32,000 nt of DNA from Pyrobaculum aerophilum str. IM2 (lineage in GTDB: Archaea > Thermoproteota > Thermoprotei > Thermoproteales > Thermoproteaceae), in assembly GCF_000007225.1 (NCBI RefSeq), contig NC_003364.1:1350001-1382000 (forward strand), read 5' to 3'. Shown here one piece after another: positions 7,060 to 14,813 of the stretch. A program made the translations under genes and the position numbers. The notes beneath the pieces were generated by a model. That model ran no database searches, had not been told where the DNA came from, and saw only the letters and a program-made list of their open reading frames with translations. The first letter of the stretch is position 1. Each line of letters opens with the position of its first letter.

Positions 7060-9642
7060 GTGAAGAGGCTAGTGGCTGTCGCCTTCGCCGCAGTGGCTAT
7101 TTACATTTTATTCGCAACGTACTCCTCCCACGTATTTGACGTGTTAATTTACGACGAGTCAAGGCTTATGCCTCCCGATATTGAGCCCAAACTAGTTGAT
7201 GCGATTCTCAAAAACAGCACGGCCGGCGAGAGCAAGGCGAGGAGCTTGCCCGTGGTTATATTTGGCCCTCGTATAGAGGAAAAAGCCCGCAACCTTTCCC
7301 GGCTGTACCCCAACACCACTTCTGCGTGGAGTATATTGGACACGGCGCTTAATGTTTACAATGAAAAAGTCAATGAGATTTTAGACAACGCCACGGCTAG
7401 GTTTAGAAAAGTAGCATTGGAAATCTCCAACTCTACCAAGGAAGTGTGTAAAGAATTAGAAAACTTAGCCGAGGGGTATAGAAGGGCCAGAGAGGAGGCG
7501 AGGCGTTTGATAATGGGAACATACGGTGTCGTAGCGCTCGGCAAGGCCGTAGATAATGCCACGGGCAAATTCCTCAGCATATACAATAACTTAGTAGGCG
7601 CATATGACATAGACACCGCGGTAAGAATAGCCGCCGACATGGCGTACGGCAACGTGTCGCGCTATTTAACTAATGTCACTTGGAACAACTGGGCAACTGA
7701 GAAGGCGGTGGATAGCGTGGCCGCGGAAATGCTTTCCACACAGCTTAACAAGACGCTTATTGACTTGGCACGGACTGTGAGCGCCATAGGCGTACAGCAA
7801 TACGTCTATCTGTCTCTTGTCAACAAAACTCCCGACGTCTTACGCCCCTATCTGCACTATCTTATATGCGGAGGAGATGTGGAAATGGCGGTCTCTATGT
7901 TTAGAAATAACTTGTTGAGAAACATAACAAACGCTTGGCCGCCCCCGTCGCTATTCTCTTTGCCTGCGGCGGCTAATTTAATATACCAGGAAAAATACGC
8001 CCTGGCCATTGTGAAAACGTATGAAGAGACGCCGCATATACCGCTTGAACTCGGCGTGCCGGTCTCAACGTCATTTTTGTTAAAAAGCTTTACTCAAGTA
8101 GTGATAGAAGATGTGTCGAAAATCGACAGGGCCACCGCCTTGGCGCTGTTTTTAGTCTTGTTGGCAATAATGGGGACAATTTTAACCCCGGTGTTAATAG
8201 TGTCAATAGTAGGCGTGACGTACTTAGCGGTACTGGGCTTTTTCTATCAAATACACGAAGTTCAGAAAATCTACTATCTCACAGTATATATGGCTGCCCC
8301 CGTGATTTTCGCCATAGGCGTTGACTATATGCTCCTAATGGCAAGCCGATATGCAGAAGAGCGAGCTCTCGGCAAGGAGAAGTCAGAGGCCGTGGCGTCA
8401 GTGAGGCGTTATGCAAATCGGGCAATTGCAGCTAGCGCGGCTGTAGTCGCCACGTCGTTGGGCTCTTTTACGATATCCAGACTGCCCTTTATGCAATCTA
8501 TAGGTATTGGCTATATTATAACTACGATTTTTATTGTTCTCTCTGTATTCCTAATATTCCCGGCGGCGTTGTACATACTCGGCGACAAGGTCTTCTGGCC
8601 TAAGAAAACAGTCTCTATACACTCCGGCAGATCTAAACTAATGGAAATGGCGGTTTCCACGGCCTTGAAAAAGCCGCTTACTATAATTCTTATAGCCGTA
8701 ACAGTGACGTTGCTGTCATTCCTCTTTCTTATTACGGCGTTAAAAGTGACTACAAACCCCGTAGTGGCAATGCCCGAGACTCAGTATAAAAAAGCATTGG
8801 AAATCGCCACGACTTACTTCTCGAACATAACAGCGCTTTCCACGACGTATATACTAATGGAAAAACCTCCGCCACCCGGGTTTTTAACAGAGCTGGAAAA
8901 AATGCCGCACTTTGTAAATTACACAGTGGAGAAACGGGGAAATTGGTACGTAATATCGCTAAAACTATCCGTAGAGGAGACCTCAGACGAACTCCTAAAA
9001 GTATATAGAAAACTTGACGAGTTGCGCGCGGCGTATGGGCCTTATCTAATTGGGGGATCAGCCTCGTGGAAAAATATAATATTCCAAGAGATATACGTCC
9101 AGTTCTGGAATATGCAAGTTTATTTAGTTTTAGTAGTAGTTTTTATAATTCTATCTATCTTGCTAAAGAGCTTCTTAATCCCTCTGCGTCTAATCGCAAC
9201 TGTGCTTATGTCAATATCGTGGAGCTTGGCTTTAGAAGTCTTTATATTCCAAGAGCTATTGGGAGAGCCGACCTACTGGCTCGTCCCCATAATACTATTT
9301 GCCTTTTTAATGGCGGTGGGCACTGATTACGACATTTTCATAATAACGCGTATACGCGAGGAGCTCGAGCGGGGCGCTGAGGAGAAAGAGGCCGTGCGTA
9401 AGGCAATTGTCACCACGGGGCCTGTGATAACTGGGGCGGCTATAATCCTAGCCGCCGCCTTTTCAACGCTACTGCTCTCCCAAATAACGCTGTTGAGACA
9501 AGTGGGCTTTACAATAGCATTTGCGGCGCTGGTAGATGCCTTTATAGTAAGGCCGTTTATAGTCCCCGCCTTAATAGTACTCGCCGGCAAGTACAACTGG
9601 GTTTGGATAGGCGGATATAGTGTCAAGAAGTCTTTTAAATAG
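7060..9642 (+). CDS. MMPL/RND-superfamily membrane exporter (COG1033-type)
   Basis: Two MMPL hallmark segments are present, AIGVDYMLLMASRYAEER and AVGTDYDIFIITRIREELERG, each within a 6-TM block. The N-terminal ~290-aa ectodomain carries ~11 sequons. The listed start at 6994 overlaps the divergent gene; GTG 7060 fits the TATA spacing. Confidence 0.8.
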   Translation: MKRLVAVAFAAVAIYILFATYSSHVFDVLIYDESRLMPPDIEPKLVDAILKNSTAGESKARSLPVVIFGPRIEEKARNLSRLYPNTTSAWSILDTALNVYNEKVNEILDNATARFRKVALEISNSTKEVCKELENLAEGYRRAREEARRLIMGTYGVVALGKAVDNATGKFLSIYNNLVGAYDIDTAVRIAADMAYGNVSRYLTNVTWNNWATEKAVDSVAAEMLSTQLNKTLIDLARTVSAIGVQQYVYLSLVNKTPDVLRPYLHYLICGGDVEMAVSMFRNNLLRNITNAWPPPSLFSLPAAANLIYQEKYALAIVKTYEETPHIPLELGVPVSTSFLLKSFTQVVIEDVSKIDRATALALFLVLLAIMGTILTPVLIVSIVGVTYLAVLGFFYQIHEVQKIYYLTVYMAAPVIFAIGVDYMLLMASRYAEERALGKEKSEAVASVRRYANRAIAASAAVVATSLGSFTISRLPFMQSIGIGYIITTIFIVLSVFLIFPAALYILGDKVFWPKKTVSIHSGRSKLMEMAVSTALKKPLTIILIAVTVTLLSFLFLITALKVTTNPVVAMPETQYKKALEIATTYFSNITALSTTYILMEKPPPPGFLTELEKMPHFVNYTVEKRGNWYVISLKLSVEETSDELLKVYRKLDELRAAYGPYLIGGSASWKNIIFQEIYVQFWNMQVYLVLVVVFIILSILLKSFLIPLRLIATVLMSISWSLALEVFIFQELLGEPTYWLVPIILFAFLMAVGTDYDIFIITRIREELERGAEEKEAVRKAIVTTGPVITGAAIILAAAFSTLLLSQITLLRQVGFTIAFAALVDAFIVRPFIVPALIVLAGKYNWVWIGGYSVKKSFK

Positions 9643-9841
9643 ACGCGCCCCCGCGGGAGTGGAGAAAATCCTAAGGCTTATAAGCGAGCTGGGCGGCGAG
9701 GCAGACCTAGACGCTATTATAACAGCGGCATTAAAGACGGGAATACCCCCTCCGCTTGCGACCAGACAGCTCATGAGGCTGGTAGAAAAGGGAAGAGTGA
9801 AAATTGTCTGCGACGCCTCTATTAAGTACCGCGTTGTATGA
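9620..9841 (+). CDS. small winged-helix DNA-binding protein
   Basis: ILRLISELGGEADLDAIITAALKTGIPPPLATRQLMRLVEKGRVK looks like a wHTH. GTG start overlaps the MMPL 3' end (alternative GTG at 9659). The stop overlaps the next start (ATGA). Confidence 0.5.
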   Translation: MSRSLLNRRAPAGVEKILRLISELGGEADLDAIITAALKTGIPPPLATRQLMRLVEKGRVKIVCDASIKYRVV

Positions 9842-10443
9842 ATTTCATCATAAGCTTCTGGGGCCTATTGGCGGAGAGAATAGACTTCTGGGGCGTGTGG
9901 CGCGAGGTTGTGAACAGCCCCGTAGTTGACGAAGTGGCGTGGGTTGTAAACCAGATAAACTCCGCCGGCTATGAAGTGCCGCTCCGCGCCGTAGCCCAGG
10001 CGTTGGCTTACAAAACGGGGGTGGAAAGCCGCGTATTGGCCCAATTATTCATTGAGAGGGTGAAGGCGCGGATAAAACCCGCCCAATGCCTCGGCGAGTT
10101 TTACTCATGGCTCAGGGAGAGGGGGAAAATCGCCGTCTTGTCCAATACGCCATGTAAATGTTTTATAGAAGACTTCTTAAGAGAGTATAAAATATCAGTT
10201 GATTTAATATTGACATCTGACGTATTGCTCAAAAGAAAACCATTAAAACAAGTTTTTAAATACGCTCTATCTAAACTCGGCGCGCAGCCTCAAAACACAA
10301 TTCTATTCGGCGACGGCGTGGAAGACCTCGGGGCGCTGGGCCTCGGCATTTTCACAATCACAATAGGCGTTGAAGGCGGGCATTTAAGCTTCCCAAGCCT
10401 CTGCCACGCAGTGAAGTGGCTGGCAACGGAGTTTAAAGATTAA
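9838..10443 (+). CDS. HAD-fold protein with degenerate motif I (probably non-catalytic)
   Basis: HAD motifs II (IAVLSNTP), III (KRKP) and IV (FGDGVED) are present. Motif I reads FIISFWGLL instead of hhhhDxDGTL. Confidence 0.6.
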   Translation: MNFIISFWGLLAERIDFWGVWREVVNSPVVDEVAWVVNQINSAGYEVPLRAVAQALAYKTGVESRVLAQLFIERVKARIKPAQCLGEFYSWLRERGKIAVLSNTPCKCFIEDFLREYKISVDLILTSDVLLKRKPLKQVFKYALSKLGAQPQNTILFGDGVEDLGALGLGIFTITIGVEGGHLSFPSLCHAVKWLATEFKD

Positions 10444-10465
10444 AAATACACATTGCCACTTCTCC

Positions 10466-10687
10466 GTGATTACATGTCCGCGATGCGGTTTGCCGGAGTG
10501 GGAGGCGTTGCCAGCGCCTTACACGTACAGACACAGGGGGCCGGAAAACACAGTAATGATAGCCAGATGTAAAAACTGCGGTATAGTATTTTACATCTTC
10601 AGGACCTCGCTGGAGACCTTCACCCTAGAGATAGAGAAGGCCGAGAGGAAACACGGAGAGATACCTCATATTAACATTGAGAAGTGA
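10466..10687 (+). CDS. small zinc-ribbon protein
   Basis: CPRCG...CKNCG forms a 4-Cys ribbon. GTG start lies 22 nt downstream of the TATA-like ttaaaaatac. The stop abuts the next gene. Confidence 0.5.
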   Translation: MITCPRCGLPEWEALPAPYTYRHRGPENTVMIARCKNCGIVFYIFRTSLETFTLEIEKAERKHGEIPHINIEK

Positions 10688-10688
10688 C

Positions 10689-11663
10689 GTGACTCTCTGC
10701 CAGCGCTGCGGCAAAAGGCCGGCTCAGTATTACAAGGCGGTCAGCGGCGAAAAGCTGTGCCTTTCCTGCCTTTTCCGCTCTGTCGAGAGGAAAGTAGTGG
10801 AGACTATAAGGAGCGAGAAGCTGATAGTGCCCGGCGACTATGTGGCTATAGCCGTCTCCGGCGGCAAGGACAGCCTAGTGTTGTTGTACATACTGGGGAG
10901 GCTAAAAGAGAGGGGGACGTTGGGAGGCGTTAAGATGGAGGCCTTTACTATTAATGAGGGGCATCCCTACAGTTGCTTCTACCGCATGTCGCGTAGAGAC
11001 TACGTGAGAGATTTGGCGTCTAAATTCGGCATAGAGTACAACGTATACCACTTCAAAGACATATTCGGCGTCACGGCCATGGAGCTCTCAGAGAGGTTGG
11101 CCAAGGCCGGCCACGAGGTGCATATGTGCACTATTGACGGCGTTTTGAGGCGCCGCGCCATGAACATAATAGGGAAGGCGAGGGGCTGGACTAAAATCGC
11201 CACTGCGCACAACCTCGACGACGAGGCTCAGACAGTTATGTTAAACGTCCTCATGGGAAACCTTTCCCGCTTTAGTTGGTACGGCAGATATGAAGACGCA
11301 GAGGAAAAGGATTTAATTCCGCGCATAAAGCCGTTGAAGTACATAAGAGAAGAGGAAATAGCGCTTTACGCGTACTACCACGGACTGCCCCTAATGGAAT
11401 TAGAATGTCCCTATGTGACCACGAATCCTAGATATAATCTAAAATTCACGCTGGCTGAAATGGAGAGAGACATGCCGACTGTAAAATACAACCTCGTCTC
11501 CTTCGGCGAGAAATTGGCGAGTTTGTTGCAGTCGCGCGCCCCGCCGCAGATGAAGAGGTGTAAATACTGCGGCTCAGTTTCGGCCAGAGATATATGCCGC
11601 GTGTGCGAGCTGTTTGAAAAAGCCGGCCTATTAGACTTATATCTCCAAAAACTACTTAGTTAA
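10689..11663 (+). CDS. PP-loop tRNA 2-thiolation enzyme (Ncs6/Ctu1/TtuA family)
   Basis: PP-loop AVSGGKDSLVLLY with N-terminal CQRCG...CLSC and C-terminal CKYCG...CRVCE zinc fingers. The start is either GTG 10689 (2 nt after the upstream stop) or the listed TTG 10677. Confidence 0.8.
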   Translation: MTLCQRCGKRPAQYYKAVSGEKLCLSCLFRSVERKVVETIRSEKLIVPGDYVAIAVSGGKDSLVLLYILGRLKERGTLGGVKMEAFTINEGHPYSCFYRMSRRDYVRDLASKFGIEYNVYHFKDIFGVTAMELSERLAKAGHEVHMCTIDGVLRRRAMNIIGKARGWTKIATAHNLDDEAQTVMLNVLMGNLSRFSWYGRYEDAEEKDLIPRIKPLKYIREEEIALYAYYHGLPLMELECPYVTTNPRYNLKFTLAEMERDMPTVKYNLVSFGEKLASLLQSRAPPQMKRCKYCGSVSARDICRVCELFEKAGLLDLYLQKLLS

Positions 11664-12316
11664 ATCTCAAGCGATATACAGATCCCCTCGTCGTTTAACT
11701 TAGCCTGAACCCCCAGCTCCCTAGTAAAGACCTCGACGTATCTCCGGGCGAGAGGGTGCGCGAGGTTGCAAATACGGGCTGAGAGCCTCCCGCCTTTAAT
11801 CTCCGTGCTCTCCACTTGGAAGAGGCCTCTTAACTGGGCTATGTACATCGCCTCCTCCAGCGCCACGGGATCTACGGCGGGAACGAGATCCTTTACAGTC
11901 TTTGCGTCTCTCTTGGCCAACTCCTCCGCGAGTTTAGCGGGCTCTTGGAGATAAGGGATGAGATCCCTCTCCACTGAGACGCTGGCCTTGCCGTTAATAA
12001 CGTGCACTACCCACCTGGGCACGAAAATTGAGGCATTAGACACTCTGTACTTTACTTTCTTAACAAATGCAAACATTTGCAGTTGTTTAACGATTTCCCC
12101 AACCTGCTCCTCAGAGGTCACTGTGAGATCTACAATAAAATGCAACTTCTGCCTCTCTGAATCAATTGCAATGTTAATAATATTTACGTCATGTTCAGCA
12201 AATATATTAGAAAGAGTGGCAAGTATGCCAGGCTGGTCGAAGTTCAACTCGACTAGAAACTCGCCTAGCCGTGTACCCGTGCCGTTAGCAATTAAATAGA
12301 TTTCACGATTTAGCAT
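11660..12316 (-). CDS. ACT-domain protein (COG2150-like putative amino-acid-responsive regulator)
   Basis: N-terminal ACT signature FDQPGILATLSNIFAEHDVNIINIAID. A TATA-like atatttaaat is centred 23 nt upstream of the ATG at 12316. Confidence 0.6.
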   Translation of the reverse strand: MLNREIYLIANGTGTRLGEFLVELNFDQPGILATLSNIFAEHDVNIINIAIDSERQKLHFIVDLTVTSEEQVGEIVKQLQMFAFVKKVKYRVSNASIFVPRWVVHVINGKASVSVERDLIPYLQEPAKLAEELAKRDAKTVKDLVPAVDPVALEEAMYIAQLRGLFQVESTEIKGGRLSARICNLAHPLARRYVEVFTRELGVQAKLNDEGICISLEI

Positions 12317-12401
12317 TGTGGGGGAACATCCAGCATATTTAAATCTTTACTCTTAACTAGGCTTGTCTGTTAAGCTCACGACACAACTTTAAAATTCTAT
12401 T

Positions 12402-14813
12402 ATGTTTGGCTCTGTGGCGCATAGACTTCCAACCCGTTGGGACATAAAATGGGAAGAGGAGTTGTTAAAACTCTGGGAGAAAGAGGGGAGGTTTAAGACT
12501 AAAATCAGCGGCTCCCGGCCGGTTTTTGTCATTGACACTCCTCCGCCCTACCTCTCAAGCAACAGGCCGCATATAGGCCAAACCGCCTCCTACGCTCATT
12601 TCGACATGATAGCCAGGTTTTTGAGAATGCGGGGAGTTGACGTAATATTCCCGTTTTACCTTGACAGAAACGGCTTGCCAATTGAGGTGCAGGTGGAGAA
12701 GAAATACGGCGTTGTTGCACACGAGATCCCCAGGGAGAAATTCATTAAAATGTGTAAAGAGGAGCTTGACAGCTACGAGGGAGAGTTCGTCTCTTCGCTC
12801 AGGCGCTGGGGGCTCTCATTTGACTACTGGCCTAACGGCACGGACAGCCCCGAATATAGGCGGATGACCCAGAAGACGTTTATAGAGCTCTGGCACAAGG
12901 GTTTAGTATACGAGGCGGAGAGGCCCACTCCTTGGTGCCCCCGGTGCCGTACTGCGCTGGCAGAGCCAGAGATTGAATACAGAGAGGAGGAGACGTATCT
13001 GAATTACATAAAATTTAAAGTTAAAGAGACAGGGGAAGACATAATTATAGCAACTACGAGGCCTGAGCTACTGCCGGCTACTGTCGCCGTGATATTCCAC
13101 CCAGATGACAGCAGATATACGAGGCTTAACGGAATGCACGCAGTGGTTCCGCCAGAGGGGCAGGTAGTGCCTATACTGCCCCACAAAGCCGCCAATCCCA
13201 ATTTCGGCTCGGGGCTTGTGATGATTTCCACATTTGGCGACACCAGAGACTTAATGATTGTAAACGAGCTGAAGCTCCCCATAAGGATAATTATTGACGA
13301 GGGTGGCAGAATTAAGACGGGCAAATACGCCGGCGTGTCAATACGAGAGGCCAGGGCAAAGATAATTGAGGATTTAAAAAACGCGGGGCTTTTAGTAAAA
13401 CAGGAGAGGCTCGTCCACAACGTGCCGGTCTGTTGGAGGTGCAAAACCCCCCTTGAGATTATCGTGACGAGGGAGCTGTTTATTAAACAAATTGAGTTTA
13501 AAGAAAAGCTTATAGAATTAGCCGGCAAGATGGAGTTCAAACCGCCTGAGTACCGCCAAGTCTTAATAGACTGGATTAAATCGCTTGAGCTGGACTGGCC
13601 TGTTTCCAGGCGCCGTTATTACGCCACGGAGATACCAATTTGGTGGTGCGCGAAGCCTAACGGGGAGAGAGTGCCGTTGTTGCCCAAAGGGGGCGAGTAT
13701 TACGTGCCTTGGAGAGACGAGCCGCCCCCGGAGGTAAAAGAGGCTTGTAAAGACGGGAGACTGGAGGGCGATACCAGAGTGTTCGACACGTGGTTTGATT
13801 CGTCTATTTCGTGGATGTACGCATCGGGCGTCACAAAGGATTTTAACGCCTTTTCTAAGGTGTACCCCCACTCCATAATGAGGCCTCAGGGTTACGACAT
13901 TATAAGGACTTGGCTGTACTACTCCCTCTTAAGGGCGTATTTGCTATACGGCGACGTGCCCTTCCGTTACGTGAGAATTAACGGAATGGGCTTAGACGAA
14001 AAGGGAGAGGCCATGCATAAATCAAAGGGCAATGTAATAGACCTCTTGGCGCCAGTGGAAAAATACGGAGCCGACCCAGTCCGCTTCTGGGCCGCGGCGG
14101 CTGGGAGGCTGGGCACAGATTACAGATATAATGAAAATGTAATAAGGGAGGGCAAGGAGTTCTTAACAAAGGTGTGGAATATATCCCGGTTTGTTTTGTC
14201 ATTTCCAGAGCCTCAACAAAAGCCTCAGCTCGCCCCCGTGGATAGAGCATTGCTCGCCAGGCTTTACGACGTGGCTAAGAAAGTCATCACGGCTTACAGC
14301 GAGTTCGACGTATACGAACCTGCACACGCGCTTTACAATTTCATATGGCATGAATTTGCAGACCACTATATTGAGCTTGTAAAATCGAGGGCTTATAACA
14401 GAGAGGGGGTTTTCACAGAGGAAGAACAGAGGGCTGCGATATGGACGCTGTACACAGCGTGGAGATATAGCTTGAAGCTACTAGCGCCAATAATGCCCTT
14501 TGTCACAGATAAAATATGGCGAGAGGCCTACGGCAGATCTATCCACGACGAAATGATAGAAGATCCGCCCGAGGAGTGGAAAGAGGGAGATCAAGCGCTG
14601 TTTCATTTAGTTAAGAAAATTAACAGCGCAGTTTGGCGTTATAAAAATAGGAGGGGTATGAGCCTCGCTGACAGGCTAGACGCCGTTCTCTACGTGTCCG
14701 AGCTGGCAATGCAAGCGGCCAAAGATCTGAAATACATGCATAAGGTGTCTGACGTAAGGCCAGGTCGCGGCGCCGAGCAAATAGATGACGAGGGGTTGGT
14801 GTGGCTGGGCTAG
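12402..14813 (+). CDS. valS: valyl-tRNA synthetase
   Basis: Class I aaRS of 803 aa. The ValRS-type editing-domain motif ATTRPELLPATVAVIFHPDDSRY and the CWRCKTPLE zinc motif are present. HIGH is replaced by PHIGQ and KMSKS by MHKSKGN. The true start may be GTG 12414, judged from TATA spacing. Confidence 0.75.
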   Translation: MFGSVAHRLPTRWDIKWEEELLKLWEKEGRFKTKISGSRPVFVIDTPPPYLSSNRPHIGQTASYAHFDMIARFLRMRGVDVIFPFYLDRNGLPIEVQVEKKYGVVAHEIPREKFIKMCKEELDSYEGEFVSSLRRWGLSFDYWPNGTDSPEYRRMTQKTFIELWHKGLVYEAERPTPWCPRCRTALAEPEIEYREEETYLNYIKFKVKETGEDIIIATTRPELLPATVAVIFHPDDSRYTRLNGMHAVVPPEGQVVPILPHKAANPNFGSGLVMISTFGDTRDLMIVNELKLPIRIIIDEGGRIKTGKYAGVSIREARAKIIEDLKNAGLLVKQERLVHNVPVCWRCKTPLEIIVTRELFIKQIEFKEKLIELAGKMEFKPPEYRQVLIDWIKSLELDWPVSRRRYYATEIPIWWCAKPNGERVPLLPKGGEYYVPWRDEPPPEVKEACKDGRLEGDTRVFDTWFDSSISWMYASGVTKDFNAFSKVYPHSIMRPQGYDIIRTWLYYSLLRAYLLYGDVPFRYVRINGMGLDEKGEAMHKSKGNVIDLLAPVEKYGADPVRFWAAAAGRLGTDYRYNENVIREGKEFLTKVWNISRFVLSFPEPQQKPQLAPVDRALLARLYDVAKKVITAYSEFDVYEPAHALYNFIWHEFADHYIELVKSRAYNREGVFTEEEQRAAIWTLYTAWRYSLKLLAPIMPFVTDKIWREAYGRSIHDEMIEDPPEEWKEGDQALFHLVKKINSAVWRYKNRRGMSLADRLDAVLYVSELAMQAAKDLKYMHKVSDVRPGRGAEQIDDEGLVWLG

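Noticed and set aside
13218-13272. C/D-box-like pattern inside valS on the coding strand (GUGAUGA, 12 nt, GCGA ... AAUGAU ... CUGA; 55 nt)
   Set aside because: The internal boxes are poor. The segment encodes a conserved ValRS stretch (VMISTFGDTRDLMIVNELK) that explains the sequence, and there is no promoter. It is most likely coincidental.
13004-13871. Long minus-strand ORFs inside valS (178 aa at 13004-13540, 102 aa at 13563-13871)
   Set aside because: They lie antisense to a strongly supported aaRS gene. Their composition is S/L/P/R-rich and low-complexity, and they have no promoter geometry. These are shadow ORFs.
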